In this document: positions 15,007 through 29,721 of the stretch, piece after piece
Position numbering within the stretch: the first letter of the stretch is position 1
Layout: every line of letters begins with the position of its first letter
Origin: Eledone cirrhosa
Lineage: Eukaryota
Assembly: GCA_964016885.1 (NCBI GenBank)
Contig: OZ024761.1
Location: 14,942,001 to 15,006,000 of the forward strand
Direction of reading: 5' to 3'
DNA: 64,000 nucleotides
Made by a program: the position numbers and the translations under genes
Notes under the pieces: model-generated
The model's database searches: none
What the model saw: only the letters and a program-made list of their open reading frames with translations
What the model was told of the DNA's origin: nothing

Positions 15007-16981
15007 CTTATATATATTTACCTTTTGGTAGCAGCATGTAGTTGTTTTTTTTTGTTTATTTTTTGTTTGAATTTTTCTTTTGTTTCTTTCCACCAAACAG
15101 AACAGCACTTCCTCCTTGCTATAGAGTCCCCCTCTCTCTCTATATATATATATATATGTTTTTCTCAGTTGTAATTAAAGGCCCTTGAGTTATGTGTCGC
15201 CCCTGTTGCACACATTCAGACCAGGTATTTGGTTTGGAGAAACCTTTCTTCCTTCCTTCCAAACAGTTTCAGAGGCCCTGCAAAAAGGATCATGGAATGG
15301 TTACTACACCCTTCCCTCCTATCAGTCTCGGAAGCCCTAAAATAAAGGCGATGGTGTGGGTGCTGCGCCATCCCTCCTGTCAGTCTCAGAAGCCTTAAAA
15401 TGATTCATTATTTCATTACGGGGTCGATAAAATAAAGTACCAGTAATGCACTGGGTAATTGCTGGCCTTGTTCCAAAAAGTAGAAACAATTATTTCATTA
15501 GTAAAATAGTAACTTAACATAATGTTTTTATTTGTTGAAAGATTGTAATTTAAATTGGGAACCTTTAAAATGGGTGGTTTTATTGCATAGAAGAACCAGA
15601 GTTGGTTTTGGCCGGGCTGGTAACTAAAGGGTTAAGGCCCTTCACCTCCCCTCTTTGTTAAAAACCCAATAAAGATAACTTATTACTGAACTAATTCAGT
15701 TAAAACAAGTTGCTGTCCTGTTTGATTTTAAATGTACACTTTTTAAAAAATTGTAATTATATTATCCATGTAAATGACTTCATTTTGAATCAGAAGAAGG
15801 TGGGGAGTGGAAGGGGAGAATGAGAAAGACAAAGAAAAAGTAATAATATACAGTCACACATAGTTATAGAGATTGTCATTTCTCCTGCTGCTGAGCCAAG
15901 GACACACATTATGAGGCTAGACAAGTAAGGTACAAATCTTCACACATGAGCAGCGGGATTTCTGTTTATGCAGAACATAAACAAATATTCCTCCTACCTC
16001 TGCTTGAGTGAATGAGAGACAAACAAACAGTCACACATGCTAACATGTGTGGTGTATATATACATACATACATACATACATGCGGTGAATTGGCAGAGTC
16101 TTTAGAATGTTGAATAGAATGCTTTATAGTATTCATTTTGATTCTATGCTCTCTGAGTTTATATCCCGCTGAAGTCAACTTTGCCTTTCATTCATTAATG
16201 GGGTCAATTCTTCGTCTATATCTCTTTCTCACTTCCTTTCTCTTGCTCTCTCTCTTCTTCTCTGGAAGAAATCTACTGTATTCAGGCCTGGAGAGGAGTT
16301 GGGCTCCATCAGGCTTTAAAATTGCCCTAGAAACGCTGTATGTCAATATGCTGCCTCTTCGACTCCCTCAGGAGTTATGGGCCCATACCACACCATACCA
16401 TATATATACATACAGTTTATGTCTACCAAATTCCCTCACAAGGTATTTGTCAGGCCATAGACACATGCCCATGGTGTCACACATTGGGACTAAACCTGAA
16501 ACCATGTTGGTATGAGACAGCCTTCTTCTTCACACATTCATCTTTGTGTCTTTATTATTCCTTCTCTTTGTCTTTTCCTTTCTCCTTCTGTCATCCTCAC
16601 ATATCTGATTTAAAATGAAATATTTTTTTTCAATTTTATTGCTGTTATTGTTGTTTATTTTCTTTTAAAATTTATTCATTTTGTTGTTGCCATTGTTGTT
16701 ATTATTGTTATTATTTCTATTATTGTTGTTATTATTATTATTTTATTCAAAATCATAATGTGTGTATGTGTATTTTACTTTATTTTCTAAGCTATTATTT
16801 GTCGTGATCGACAGTTGTTACAGTTTATTTTCTGCATTTGGGATTCCCATATTTTCAAAATTTCAAATCACCCAGTGCTTCCCCACTTGATAAGATTTGT
16901 TTATTTCTGACTCTAACTGCAAGCTATTTAGTATAGCCCCTTAAATTAGATCGAATTGGTGATGGCCAGTTGCTCCTTAGC

Positions 16982-17210
16982 TTAACCCTTTAGCATTTAC
17001 ATTACTCTATATTTACTATTATATTTTCATAGTAAAGGCTTTACCTTATATAATTGTCTCACATAATATCGAATCTATGAGATGTTGATGTTATTTATTT
17101 TGAGAACAATGCCTTAACATAAGTATGAGCAGCCAGTTATGGCCAGTTTGAACAGAAAGAGGTGAGAGAATTCAGGCCAGATACGGCCAGTTTAAATACT
17201 AAAGGGTTAA
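16982..17210. mobile_element. TTAA-flanked MITE family 2
   Basis: ttaa-CCCTTTAGCATTTA ... TAAATACTAAAGGG-ttaa. Further copies near 17795-17997, 32505-32717 and 60392-60599. Confidence 0.75.
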
Positions 17211-17530
17211 TGGTTTATTCACTCGCATGATATTCGAAAGATACAGAGTTCGATTCTCTGTAGCAACCACAGGCCACTTTTTTTTCTATAATGAGGGTAT
17301 TTTACTCAATTGTTCTAAGCTGTTAATTATAGTGATTTACTTTGTTATAGTTATTTTCTGCATTTAGGATTCCCACATTTTCAAATATGAATATATATAT
17401 ATATATATCTGTATGTCATTGATGGCTGAGAGAACAGAGTACTCAATACCGAAGTGGAGTTTAAATATTCATTTTATTAAGGATAAATCGTGAGTCTTGT
17501 CACTCTGGAGTTTTGCCTTTTTATCATGAG

Positions 17531-17578
17531 CTTGTGTGATGACTCTGTGCTTAACAGATGAAACTTCTGAGTAACAAG
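17531..17578 (+). ncRNA. Hammerhead ribozyme motif with C3G substitution
   Basis: cuugu GUGAUGA c ucug ugcuuaa caga u GAAAC uucuga GUA acaag. Stem I is 5 bp perfect and stem II 4 bp. Confidence 0.6.
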
Positions 17579-18794
17579 TCTCACTATTTAGCCTTAATTA
17601 AATTAATATATACATATATTTACACACACATATATACATATACACATGTATATTTATACATACACACTTTTCCATTCCTGTACCAGCCATGAGATACCAC
17701 ATCTTTGATGGAAGATATACATGTTGTTGTTTCCTTGAGCAAGGCACTTTATTTCACATTGCTCCAGTTTACTCAGCTGTAGAAATGAGATGATACATTT
17801 ACATTACTCTCTATTTACTATTGTATTTTCAAGGTAAAGGCTTTACCTCACATAATATCGAATCTATGAGATTTTGAAAGTATTTATTTTGAGAACAATA
17901 CCTTAACATCAGTTTGAGCGACCAGTTACAGCCAGTTTCAACAGACTGAGATAGAGAATTCTGGGTGGATACGGCCGGTTTGAACATTAAAGGGTAAAAA
18001 AGTGGGAGCATCTTATGCGGAGGGGCGTCCAATAGGCCAGCAAATACGGTATATTGTTATTAATAATTTAGCGTTAAAAAAATATATATATACTGCAACG
18101 TAAAAAACCATTAAAAAATCGTGGAAGATATTTACGATTCTGTGAATATACAGTGGTTTCCACGAACAATTATTAGTTAGGTTCTGAGGAAAATTCCGCA
18201 AATGCTTGAGGGGAGCAGGTACACTGTGTGTGTTTATATATATATATACACTAACAATCATAATTAGAGGTAGGGGGTAATTGCTGGTCACCTGTGCATA
18301 GAGAAAAAACAACAACTGGGCTGTGAGGTATGAACTTTCTGTTACCTGTATGTAGTTGACACACCTTAACTTACCTGTTTCCTGCTCTTGCTATGTGTCC
18401 CCTGTCCCCCAGAAGCGACCATAAATAAGCACCACCACTACCTTCACCCTCCCCCACCTCACTCTCTTCACCCTCCCCCACCTCACCCTCTTCACCCTCC
18501 CCCACCTCACCCTCTTCCATATAGAATGACTTGTGGAGGGTAGGCAGGGCAGGGAGGAGGTATGAGTGGTAATCTGGATGTAAAACTAGATTTCCCTGTT
18601 GTTAACAGTGATTGAGACTAGAGGTTATAAAAGTGTCAGTGGTACATATGCAGTGCTGGTTGAATGGGTGTGTGTATCATCATCATCATCATCATATATA
18701 TATATATATTTAGGTTTCTTGGTTTACCAATTTAAGGAATTACACCAGTCCAGCCTCCTGTTATTTTATTATATATATATATATATATATAATA

Positions 18795-19204
18795 AAATGC
18801 TGTACGGGTCTGAGACTTGGACACTGACCAAGAAATTCACTCCGATGTTGGATGGGTGCTACACAAGAATGCTGAGGATGGCTCTGAACATTAATCAGTA
18901 TACACTGAGGATGAAGAACTCAGAGCTTTACAGGAGCCTCCCAAAAGTCAGCTCGAGAGTAGCACAGAGGAGACTGAGGTTAGCTGGACATGCTCACTGA
19001 CATCCAGTGTTGACACTGCACTCAGTGCTCCTGTGGGATCCCCTACACAGACACACTAGAAGAGGGAGACTGAGGTTGACATATATTGATACCCTAAGGG
19101 CAGACACTGGTCTCTGGGAGAGGCAAGACATGGTGGTGATGATGAAGGACAGAGAACGCTGGAGAAACTCGTCCATCGATCTCAGGGAATTTTACCCGCC
19201 CTAG
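18795..19204 (+). mobile_element. RTE-like LINE 3' fragment
   Basis: LYGSETWTLT..LDGCYTRMLR..RRLRLAGHAH*..LLWDP..RRGRLRLTYID..DRERWR; one internal stop, (TA)n on both sides. Confidence 0.85.
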
Positions 19205-19237
<33 letters not shown>

Positions 19238-20012
19238 TCATATATACACTATATATATACCATAGATAATGTATATAATACAGGCTATATATGCTAATTG
19301 TCCAAGAGACAGGCAAAGGTTGTTACATTCCAGTGCAGTGATTAACCTCCATTTTATCCAGTTGTGTATATACAACTAGCAGTGCCTTTCTATGGTGTTA
19401 TATATAGTCAGATCAGGGTATAAATATATAACTAGGAAAGAATGTAGTATGGTTTTTGGTGTTATATATAGTTGTGGTGTATATATAATTAACAGTGTCT
19501 CTCTATGATGTTATATATAGTCAGTGGGTATATAGAACTAGCAGTGCCTCTCTGTGATGTTATATATAGTCAGATTGGGGTGTATATGTAACTAGTGAAG
19601 ATTAGTTTTGTCTTTGGTGTTATATAGTATATAGTTAGAGAGTGTATATATAATTAGGGGAGACTGTAGTATTCTGGTTGCTTTTATATAATGTATATAG
19701 TCAAGTGTATGTGTATATAACAAGGTCAGGGTGTATATATAACTATGAAAGACTGTAGTGTTGTCTTTGGTGCTATATAATATATATTCAGGTCATGGTG
19801 TATATATAATTAATAAAGACTATTATGTTGATTTTGGTGCTATATAATATACATTCAGGTCAGGGTGTATATACAACTAGGACAGAGTTCAGTGTCATCT
19901 TTAATGCTGTACAATATATAGTTAGTGTATACAGTCAAGTCAAGATGTATATATAAATAGGAAAGACTATTGTGTTGTTATTAATGCTATATAACATATA
20001 GTCAGTGTAGGG

Positions 20013-20057
<45 letters not shown>

Positions 20058-20099
20058 GCCAGCGTGGAAAAATTGCTATTAATCGATGATGATGATGAT

Positions 20100-20129
<30 letters not shown>

Positions 20130-20131
<2 letters not shown>

Positions 20132-20501
20132 ACAACTTGAGAGGAGATTGGATGGCACATATACCCGCCTCTTAATGAGAGTGCAAAACCTATCCTGGAA
20201 ACGACATCCCACCTTGTCTAAAATCTATGGCAAACTCCCTCGAGCCTCTGCCCTTCTAAAATCCCGGAGAGCTCAATTTGCTGGCCACTGTCACCGTGCC
20301 AGCAATGAAATCATATCCGCTCTCTTGCTCTGGAACCCTGACTCCAGCCTGACTAGGAGTAGGAAGCTGTCATTCCCTGACGTTATCTCTAGGGATACGG
20401 GAATCAGCAGACGGGACCTGGAGGCAGCGATGGGGGACAGGGAATTCTGGGGCATGAGAGTGAGATCCATCATCTCGACAGTAGTCGACGAGTGATGATG
20501 A

Positions 20502-20505
<4 letters not shown>
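20130..20505 (+). mobile_element. RTE-like LINE 3' fragment (second family)
   Basis: LDGTYTRLLMRV..RRAQFAGHCHR..LLWNP..DREFW, followed by a (TGA)n tail. Confidence 0.8.
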
Positions 20506-20535
<30 letters not shown>

Positions 20536-22034
20536 TCTAGAAGGGATGACATGGGAATTACATCATGGGTTTGATAAGAGTTCGCTTAACACTGTGTTTG
20601 GCAAGCTTTCTATGGTTGGGTGCCCATCCTCTCACTACTCACTTTACAGAGTGTACTGGGTGTGTTTTCTCATGGCAGCAGAACTAGAAAGGGTGTCATG
20701 TTCTTTACACAACTGAAGGGTCCCCTCAACTCTTTCTTTGGCAAGTTTTCTATGGCTAAATGACTTTCAAATCACCAAACACTATACAGAGTGTACTGGA
20801 TGCATTTTATTCTGCCGACATTAGAGAGATTTGTCATGTCTTTGGCCCAACTAACAGGCCCTGTCAAATGTGTGTTTGGCAAGTGTTCTATGGCTGAATG
20901 CCCTTCCTATCACCAAATGCTGTACAGAGTGTACTGGGTGTATTTTAGTCTGTCACCAGCATTAGAGGGATTATGGAATAAAAAAAAAAAAAGAAAGCCA
21001 ACTGCAGTTTGAACTATTGTGTGCTTCAAAAGTGTGTAGTACTGCAGTTGATATATCACCATCTCTTCCAACTTCTCCATCTTCCTCCTGCTTCTCCCCC
21101 TCCCCTTCTACAACTTCCATTGCCTTCACATCAATAAACACCTGGCTGGACATGTCATTAAATGTCAATGACCTACTACTATTACTACTAATACCACCAC
21201 CACCGTCATCATTACTACCACCACCACAAATCATTATTACCCACTACCACCACCACTTCTACCACTGCTACCACCACCACTACTACTACCACCACCACCA
21301 CCACTACTGCTACCACCACTACCACCACCACCATCACTACTATTACCACAACCACCACCACCATCACTACTACCACCACCACCACTACTGCTACCACCAC
21401 CACTACTACTACCACCACCACCATCACTACTACTACCACCACCACTACTACCACCACCACCACCACCACCTCAACCATCACTACTACTACCACCACCAAA
21501 TAAGAAACTGTTGTCAGCATTCAATATTTTTCAGTATTTATGCTTTTATGATTTCTTATCAAAACTCATCACACGCGATCGGTGGGGGGGGGGGGGGGTA
21601 CCCCTTGCACAACTCTCCTCACGTGACTCCTGCCTTTTCATAATAATTCAGTCCTTTCCTCTCTCTCTCCCCCGTTCACCCCTCCACCACCACATGACTT
21701 CCCATCCCCACTCTATTACCCCATAACTCTTCCCAACCTTCTGGCACGATTGACCCCCCCCCCCTTCCCCAACGTCACTCTTCACAACGTGACCCTGACC
21801 TGCCCATAGGAGACAAACACCACCCCCCACACCAGATGACACCCAACCCCTTACGTAATCCCTTATGTAAGTAACTCTCCTAACGTGACACTCCATGTAA
21901 ATAAACAATTTTACAGTGTGTCAGCAACCGCTAGTATATAGTCTCTCTTTCTCTCTCTCTCTCATGCTACCACTTTTAAAATATAGTGTCTCTCTCTCTC
22001 TCTCTCTCTCTCATGCTACCACTTTTAAAATATA

Positions 22035-22072
<38 letters not shown>

Positions 22073-22713
22073 GTATGAATGAAGTAATTCCGTCGGAAAG
22101 GTACAGGAAAAAAGAGTGCTCTATCTAGGCTACAGAGCTTATTAGTTATGTAATATTTATTGATTCTGACGACTGCTTTCAATATCTGCTTTCAAGAAAC
22201 CACTGGTAAATGAAATAATTATCTTACGTTGTTTATTACATAACTATATATATATTAAAAGAACAGATTAAAGTTTAAGCAAAGAATCGCGATTAAGCAA
22301 AGCAGTGATTCTTTGCTTAAACTTTAATCTGTTATTTTAATAAGTATTTGCTCTATGGTTTTATATATTTTTTATATATATATTATCCTTAACGAGCCCT
22401 CTTCAGAATTTAGTCTTTACATTTTTTATTATTACTATATATAGAAGAGCGGACGTAAAATGATGATGATGATGATATATATCATCATCATGAAAACCTG
22501 CCTTTACTGATGTTTTCTTTTGAATGAAACAGTTCTAGTCCTGTAGAAGCCATTTCTATATCAAGCATGATGTTTACACTCTACTAATATATTGAGTACC
22601 TTAATAACAGTGGTTACACCCCACCCCCTCCCATCCTGATTGAACCCCATTGGTTCTGCAGTCAAGATTTTAGATATCATCATCGATCATCATCATTGAT
22701 TTACGTTTATCTA

Positions 22714-22763
<50 letters not shown>

Positions 22764-23254
22764 GTATGAATCAAGGTTGTAGCTGTCATATAGCAGGTAC
22801 TAATCGAGTTATTTAAGGCAATCACAGAGCACTCAATGGAGTTAGAAGTTAATCATTATCATCCAGAGTAAAACACAACAATCAATAAAGTGTGACACCA
22901 AGAAAAACGACCGAAGGCAGTGACCATACTTATACTACAACAACGATAAATACAAAAAGGTTGAAGACTAGTCTGGACTATCTCGAGTCAATTAGAATCG
23001 ATAGAAATCGACAAAAATCTTCGATAGTGTTCTGGGACCCCTAGAAGTGACACCACAAGTTGCATAATGCATATGCAATTACTGCGCATATCCCCATGAT
23101 GGAACTGGAGTTCTTGTCTACCGCAGGTTTTTTTTCCTTGTAACTAAAACTCAGTCTGTTGACATAGGCATTTAACTATAGTAGTAAGTCTGCCTGTGTT
23201 CTCAAAAGAAAAGGTCAGGCTGGCTGAACTTTTGGCAGTATTTTCAGAGTGTAT

Positions 23255-23558
23255 ATCATCATCATCATCATCATCATTATCATCATTTTATGTCCGTTTT
23301 TACCCTGCTTGCAAGGGTGGGATGGGAACTGATTCTGGCTTGATTTCAGCAGCTGGATGCCCTTCCTAACACCAACCTCATTTACAGTGAATGCTGGGTG
23401 CTTTTTTTCCGTGGCGCCTACACGTCCACTTTACAGTGAGGGCTGGGTGCTTTTTTGCCGTGGCACCTCCACGACCACTTTGCAGTGGAATGATAGGGAC
23501 CCCAGTCCTATCATCTCATTCCTACAGCTGAGTAAACTGGAGCATTGTGAAATAAAGT
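23255..23558 (-). mobile_element. SINE family A, 5'-truncated
   Basis: Similarity to the other SINE-A copies. Confidence 0.8.
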
Positions 23559-23693
23559 TTACTCAGATATAGAATGTGGCGTTAACCGAACATGGATGTG
23601 TGGACGACATTATGGTCTCTGATTATGGCCTCCGATCTTTTAATAATATATCTATCTAATCTCTCTCTCTCCCCCTCTCTCTATCTCTCTTGT

Positions 23694-23762
<69 letters not shown>

Positions 23763-24175
23763 GTATACACAACACCACCACCAGCTCTCTGACTCCTCTC
23801 TCTATGTCTCACAACCGCTATCTCTTTCTCTCTATATATTTATGAAAGTACCCGGAAAAAACCCGTTTCTCGGGAACCCACGCTCCAATTTACGCGAAAC
23901 TTGTTTTATTCCACTTATATTCCCATTTCAGGGGCAGTATTTTCAGTATTTTCAGTATTTTCAGTATTTTCCCATTATGCGCCATTTTGGATGTATTAAA
24001 TTACAGACAAGCACACAATCACAGAGTTTTAGTAGTATATAGTTTTAGTAGTAGTTAGATAAAACTCCTGCATGCTGATATATATATATATATATGTGTG
24101 GGTGTGAACAAACAGAAATAAAGCAAACGGCATAGTACAATGAAGAAATATATTATTAGTTTATATATATATATA

Positions 24176-24523
24176 TGGAGGCACATGGCTTAGTGGTTAG
24201 AGCATTGGCCTTGCAATCGAAAGGTTGTGAGTTTAATTCTCAGACCGGGTGGTGTGTTGTTTCCTTGAGCAAGACACTTTATTTCACATTGCTCCAGTTT
24301 ACTCAGCTGTAGAAATGAGTTGATAGGGACTGAGGTCCTTATCATTCCACTGTAAAGTGGTCGTGGAGGTGCCACAGCAAAAAAGCACCCAGCACTCACT
24401 GTAAAAATGAGGTTGGTGTTAGGAAGGGCATCCAGCTGTAGAAATCAAGCCAGCATCAGTTCCCGTCCCACCCTTGCAAGCAGGGAAAAAGCGGACGTAA
24501 AATGAAATGATGATGATGATGAT
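24176..24523 (+). mobile_element. SINE family A, full length
   Basis: Similar to 11746-12078 from head to tail; embedded in (TA)n. Confidence 0.85.
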
Positions 24524-24541
24524 ATATATATATATATATAC

Positions 24542-24579
<38 letters not shown>

Positions 24580-24863
24580 TATATATATCTAGGGAGTGTA
24601 ACTTGGAGTTACTGCAGGTTCACCCGGGAGAGCACTCGATGTTTAGGTTCACTTCTGTGTTGAGGTGTAGAGCTATACATAGTGTAATATATTGAAAGGA
24701 TAACAAGGACGATCGATCACTCCTTAAAAGGGTCCGTCGAGCTGCCGATTATTAAGTCGGGTAGGATCGATACAGATCGAACCTTGAGCTGATCAGTGGC
24801 GAAATGCGCATCACCTATCAATAAATTCAATGAAGGAGTAATCAATCGTCCTTGTTATCCTTT

Positions 24864-25097
<234 letters not shown>

Positions 25098-25103
25098 CAC
25101 ATA

Positions 25104-25162
<59 letters not shown>

Positions 25163-25341
25163 TATATTATATATATATATAATATGATATCCCTGAAATA
25201 TATATAATGAAATAAATATGGTTTTATAAATATAGTTTCCATTTATTTAATATCGTAAATATACTCCAAATACATGTTGAGTGCTTTTATATCAGTTATA
25301 AATATTTACTCGTTGTTAACCCAACAATTTAAATAAAACTT

Positions 25342-25386
<45 letters not shown>

Positions 25387-25550
25387 TTTATTATGGCTAA
25401 CTGGTGAGTCTTGATTGGTATTGAATATTCATTCTCAAGTTTGTCAATAACATACCTGTGTGTGTATGTGTGTGTGTATGTAGATATATGTATATATATA
25501 AGTGTATGTATATTTATATATGTGTGTGTGTATATATATACATATGTGAA

Positions 25551-25601
<51 letters not shown>

Positions 25602-25988
25602 ATATATATACATATGTGAATGTATATGTGTGTGTATATATATATATATATATGTATGTGTATATATATACATATGTGAATGTATATGTGTGTGTGTATA
25701 TATATATATGTGTATGTGTGTGTGTATATATATACATATGTGAATGTATATGTGTGTGTATATATATATATATATATGTATGTGTATATATATACATATG
25801 TGAATGTATATGTGTGTGTGTGTGTATATATATATGTGTATGTGTGTGTGTATGTATATATATACATATGTGAATGTATGTGTGTGTATATATATATGTG
25901 TGTGTATATATATACATATGTGGATGTATGTGTGTGTATATATATATGTGTGTGTATATATATATGTGTGTATATATACATATGTGAA

Positions 25989-26035
<47 letters not shown>

Positions 26036-26501
26036 ATATATATACATATGTGAATGTATGTGTGTGTGTATATATATATATATACATGTGTATGTGTGTG
26101 TGTATATATATACATATGTGAATGTATGTGTGTGTATATATACATATGTGAATGTATGTGTGTATGTGTGTATGTATGTATATATATATACATATGTGTG
26201 TGTATATATATATATGTGTGTATGTGTGTGTGTATATATACATATGTGAATGTATATGTGTGTGTGTATATATATATATATATATAATAGAAAAAAGCGA
26301 GGAAGTTTCGTTTACATATGAAAAGTATTTATTGCATGTCAATCTGTTACGCATGTTTCACTGAGGATTGGCTCAAGGTGACCTATAGGAGTTACGGACC
26401 CAACTCCAGTATCGATCTGCTCCTCTGACTGGTGATGTGACAAAAGATATTTTTGTGCTAGATTTGGTACCAACACCAGTATTTCACCATACTACCTACA
26501 C

Positions 26502-26561
<60 letters not shown>

Positions 26562-26563
26562 TG

Positions 26564-26614
26564 AGATTCTACAGGACTAGAACTGTTTCATTCTTTAGAA
26601 ATCATCAGGAATCT
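26564..26614 (-). ncRNA. Type I hammerhead ribozyme motif, complete core
   Basis: Minus strand: agattc CUGAUGA u-uuc uaaa gaa-u GAAA cag uucuaguc cu GUA gaaucu. Stem I is 6 bp perfect, stem II 3 bp with a U-U closing pair, stem III 4 bp, GUA cleavage triplet. Confidence 0.8.
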
Positions 26615-26674
26615 GGGTATCAAAAAATAAATATGGTATTTATAGGTCTCTTCAACCCGGAATAACGTATATAT

Positions 26675-27012
26675 ATCATCATCATCATCATTTTACGTCC
26701 ACTTTTCCCTGCTTGCAAGGGTGGGACGGGAACTGATTCTGGCTTGATTTCTACAGCTGGATGCCCTTCCTAACACCAACCTCATTTACAGTGAGTGCTG
26801 GGTGCTTTTTTGCCGTGGCACCTCCACGACCACTTTGCAGTGGAATGATATGGACCCCAGTCCCTATAATCTCATTTCTACAGCTGAGTAAACTGGAGCA
26901 ATGTGAAATAAAGTGTCTTGCTCAAGGAAACAACACATCACCCGGTCTGAGAATTGAACTCACAACCTTTCGATTGCAAGCCCAATGCTCTAACCACTAA
27001 GCCATGTGCCTC

Positions 27013-27014
<2 letters not shown>
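26675..27014 (-). mobile_element. SINE family A, full length
   Basis: Reverse complement of the 24176 copy; about 140 bp upstream of exon D. Confidence 0.85.
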
Positions 27015-27052
<38 letters not shown>

Positions 27053-27109
27053 CACACACACATAAACAGCTATATATATTCTCTTGTTCTGGGTGTAAGG
27101 AATATATGA

Positions 27110-27343
<234 letters not shown>

Positions 27344-28491
27344 TAAGTCTTTTTTTTTGTTTGATCCTCTTTCAATTTATTTTTTTAATTTAAAAAAAAA
27401 AATTTATTGCTATCATAATTGTGTTTTTTTTTTGTGGGGGACGGGATTTTTTAAAAGTTTCTTTTTCCTGTATTGTAAAATATTTCTTAACCTTCAGGGG
27501 GCTGAATTGTTTTTATGAATTACTTCCCTTGATACTGTATTATGTATTAAGGGGAGACTACTCTATTGGCACATTCAGTCGCCCGCAGTGCCAAGAGGGT
27601 TAATATACTCAAATATAAGCCGAGGATTTTGTGACTAAAAAAAAATCAATTGTAAAATGGGGAGAAGGATTTGGCTTATATTTGCCAGCCAAACATATTG
27701 TGTTGATTAGCTGCCTCTGTTTATAAACAAGGTTTGGATTTTTGCCCATCTCTCTGACATAAAATAGAGGGGAGGGGGGTCAGTTTGTATTTGAGTATAA
27801 ACAGTAATAAGGTCTTTTTCTTATACTATAAACGTTTAAATTAACAAACCACATGAAACCACATTTCGAATGTGATGCAGTCATAGTGCTGTTCTGTACT
27901 TGTTAATGTGGTTTCATGTGGTACAGGACGTTGAAAGTGTATTGTTTGTTGTGAGGTATATGGAGGAAAGGAGGGGTTTTAATTTCTATGATTAACCCTT
28001 CCCTTACCATATTTTCTATGAAATACACTCACTAAATTTCAATTAATTAATGAACAATTTTGAGAAATTTTCTATAAATTATTGATTATGTAATTCCAAC
28101 AATAGTAACTTAACATATGCTTCTGATATATAATTATATTGGAAGATCTAAATTTATATTAGATTCTTTTGATAATGGGCAATTTTATTTCATAGAACCA
28201 GAGATGGTTTTGATCAGGTTCATATCAAAATGGTAAACATAAGGTTCTTATATAAAATTATTTTGGAAGATCCTAATTTAAATAAGAAGCCTTTAAAACA
28301 GGGGCTGGGTTGTTTCATAGAACCAGAGACGGTTTTAGCCAGGTTCATATCAAAATGGTAAACATAGGGTTCTTATATAAAATTATTTTGGAAGATCTTA
28401 ATTTAAATAGGTACCGGTGGTTAAAATTGGTGGATTTATTTCATAGAATTAGAACCGGTTCTGGCTGGTTAATTAATGTGATGTATTTTTG

Positions 28492-28671
28492 TACGGGTAA
28501 AATTCTGTTATAACGAATACCATTATAATGAATTTTTAAGTGTAACAAAATTCTTTTCAAACCCCAGCCACATGCTCGATGTGTTAGGACGATCTCGTTA
28601 TAAAGAAATTTCCGTTACAACAAATTTTTTTTATGATGGAATGAATTTCGTTATGACGGAATTTCACTATA
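28492..28671. mobile_element. Tc1/pogo(Tigger)-like MITE
   Basis: Imperfect TIRs gtaaaattctgttataacgaa / ttcgttatgacggaatttcac, TA flanks, internal subrepeats. Confidence 0.5.
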
Positions 28672-28736
28672 TAATAATAATTCTTCCCAAACTTATATTT
28701 TTACCCCTATCTTTCTTTTTCCTCCTCTCTTTACAG

Positions 28737-28902
28737 AGTCAAAAGTAGTGTGCAAAGTATGGAAATCTGCCGCAGGCCGCAAACAATAAGTGCTTATGAT
28801 CTAAATCAGAATAGCGGCTCAGTGGTAGCCAACTTGGTGCCATCATCAACAGGCAATATTACAGTCACATTTAATAACCAGATCAATGGCTTACCCCCAC
28901 AG
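28737..28902 (+). CDS. HIPK: HIPK exon E (post-kinase region)
   Basis: Long pyrimidine tract, ttacag|A GTC...CAG|gtaata. (I)VKSSVQSMEICRRPQTISAYDLNQNSGSVVANLVPSSTGNITVTFNNQINGLPPQ; the MEIC and TFNNQ motifs match HIPK. Confidence 0.95.
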
Positions 28903-29337
28903 GTAATAGACTTCTGTTATTGTTCTTATTGATTGTATATATATATATATATGAAAACAGGGAAAAAAAGACGATTATTAGGAAGAAAAATATTTTTTTT
29001 TCCCTTTTTATTTCTTTCTCTCTTTTTTTTTGGGTTAGAAAATGATTAAAACGCAATATTTTACTTTGTGTGAAGTGTTAAGGTATTAGTTGATTTATTT
29101 ATTAATTAACAATGGCATTTATTTATTTATTTATATATTTAATAATTGTCTATTACCGGTTTCAGCATTTTTATGCATTATCAAATGATAATAATATGTA
29201 TTGGTGTAGAATGGTGGTGTTGGACATGTTAAAGAAATAGTGCAAAAAGAATAATGTTATTTACAAACAAGGATTATGAAGTGAAAAGAAAAAAAAAAAA
29301 AAGGGGCATAATGTGGAGTATATATATATATATATAT

Positions 29338-29721
29338 ATCATCATCATCATCATCATCATTTCATTTTACGTCCACTTTTTCCCTGCTTGCAAGGGTGGG
29401 ACGGGAACTGATTCTGGCTTGATTTCTACAGCTGGATGCCCTTCCTAACACCATCCTCATTTACAGTGAGTGGTGGGTGCTTTTTTTGCCGTGGCACCTC
29501 CACGACCACTTTGCAGTGTGGGCTGTGTGCTTTTTTGCCGTGACACCTCCACGACCACTTTCCAGTGGAATGGTAGGGACCCCAGTCCTATCATTTCATT
29601 TCAACAGCTGAGTAAACTGGAGCAATGTGAAATAAAGTGTCTTGCTCAAGGAAACACCCGGTCTGAGAATTGAACTCACAACCTTTCGATTGCAAGGCCA
29701 ATGCTCTAACCACTAAGCCAT
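29338..29721 (-). mobile_element. SINE family A
   Basis: Similarity to family; partial + copy at 29815-30010. Confidence 0.85.

Noticed and set aside
21017-21643. His/Tyr-rich 208-aa ORF as an exon
   Set aside because: A (CAC/TAC)n microsatellite between exons C and D, whose protein sequence is already contiguous.
24176-24250. tRNA gene
   Set aside because: tRNA-like A/B boxes form the head of a SINE and continue into the SINE body; I found no convincing full cloverleaf.
26761-27000. Recurrent 79-aa [20 protein letters not shown]... as a multicopy small gene
   Set aside because: It is the antisense reading of SINE-A; recurrence reflects SINE copy number.
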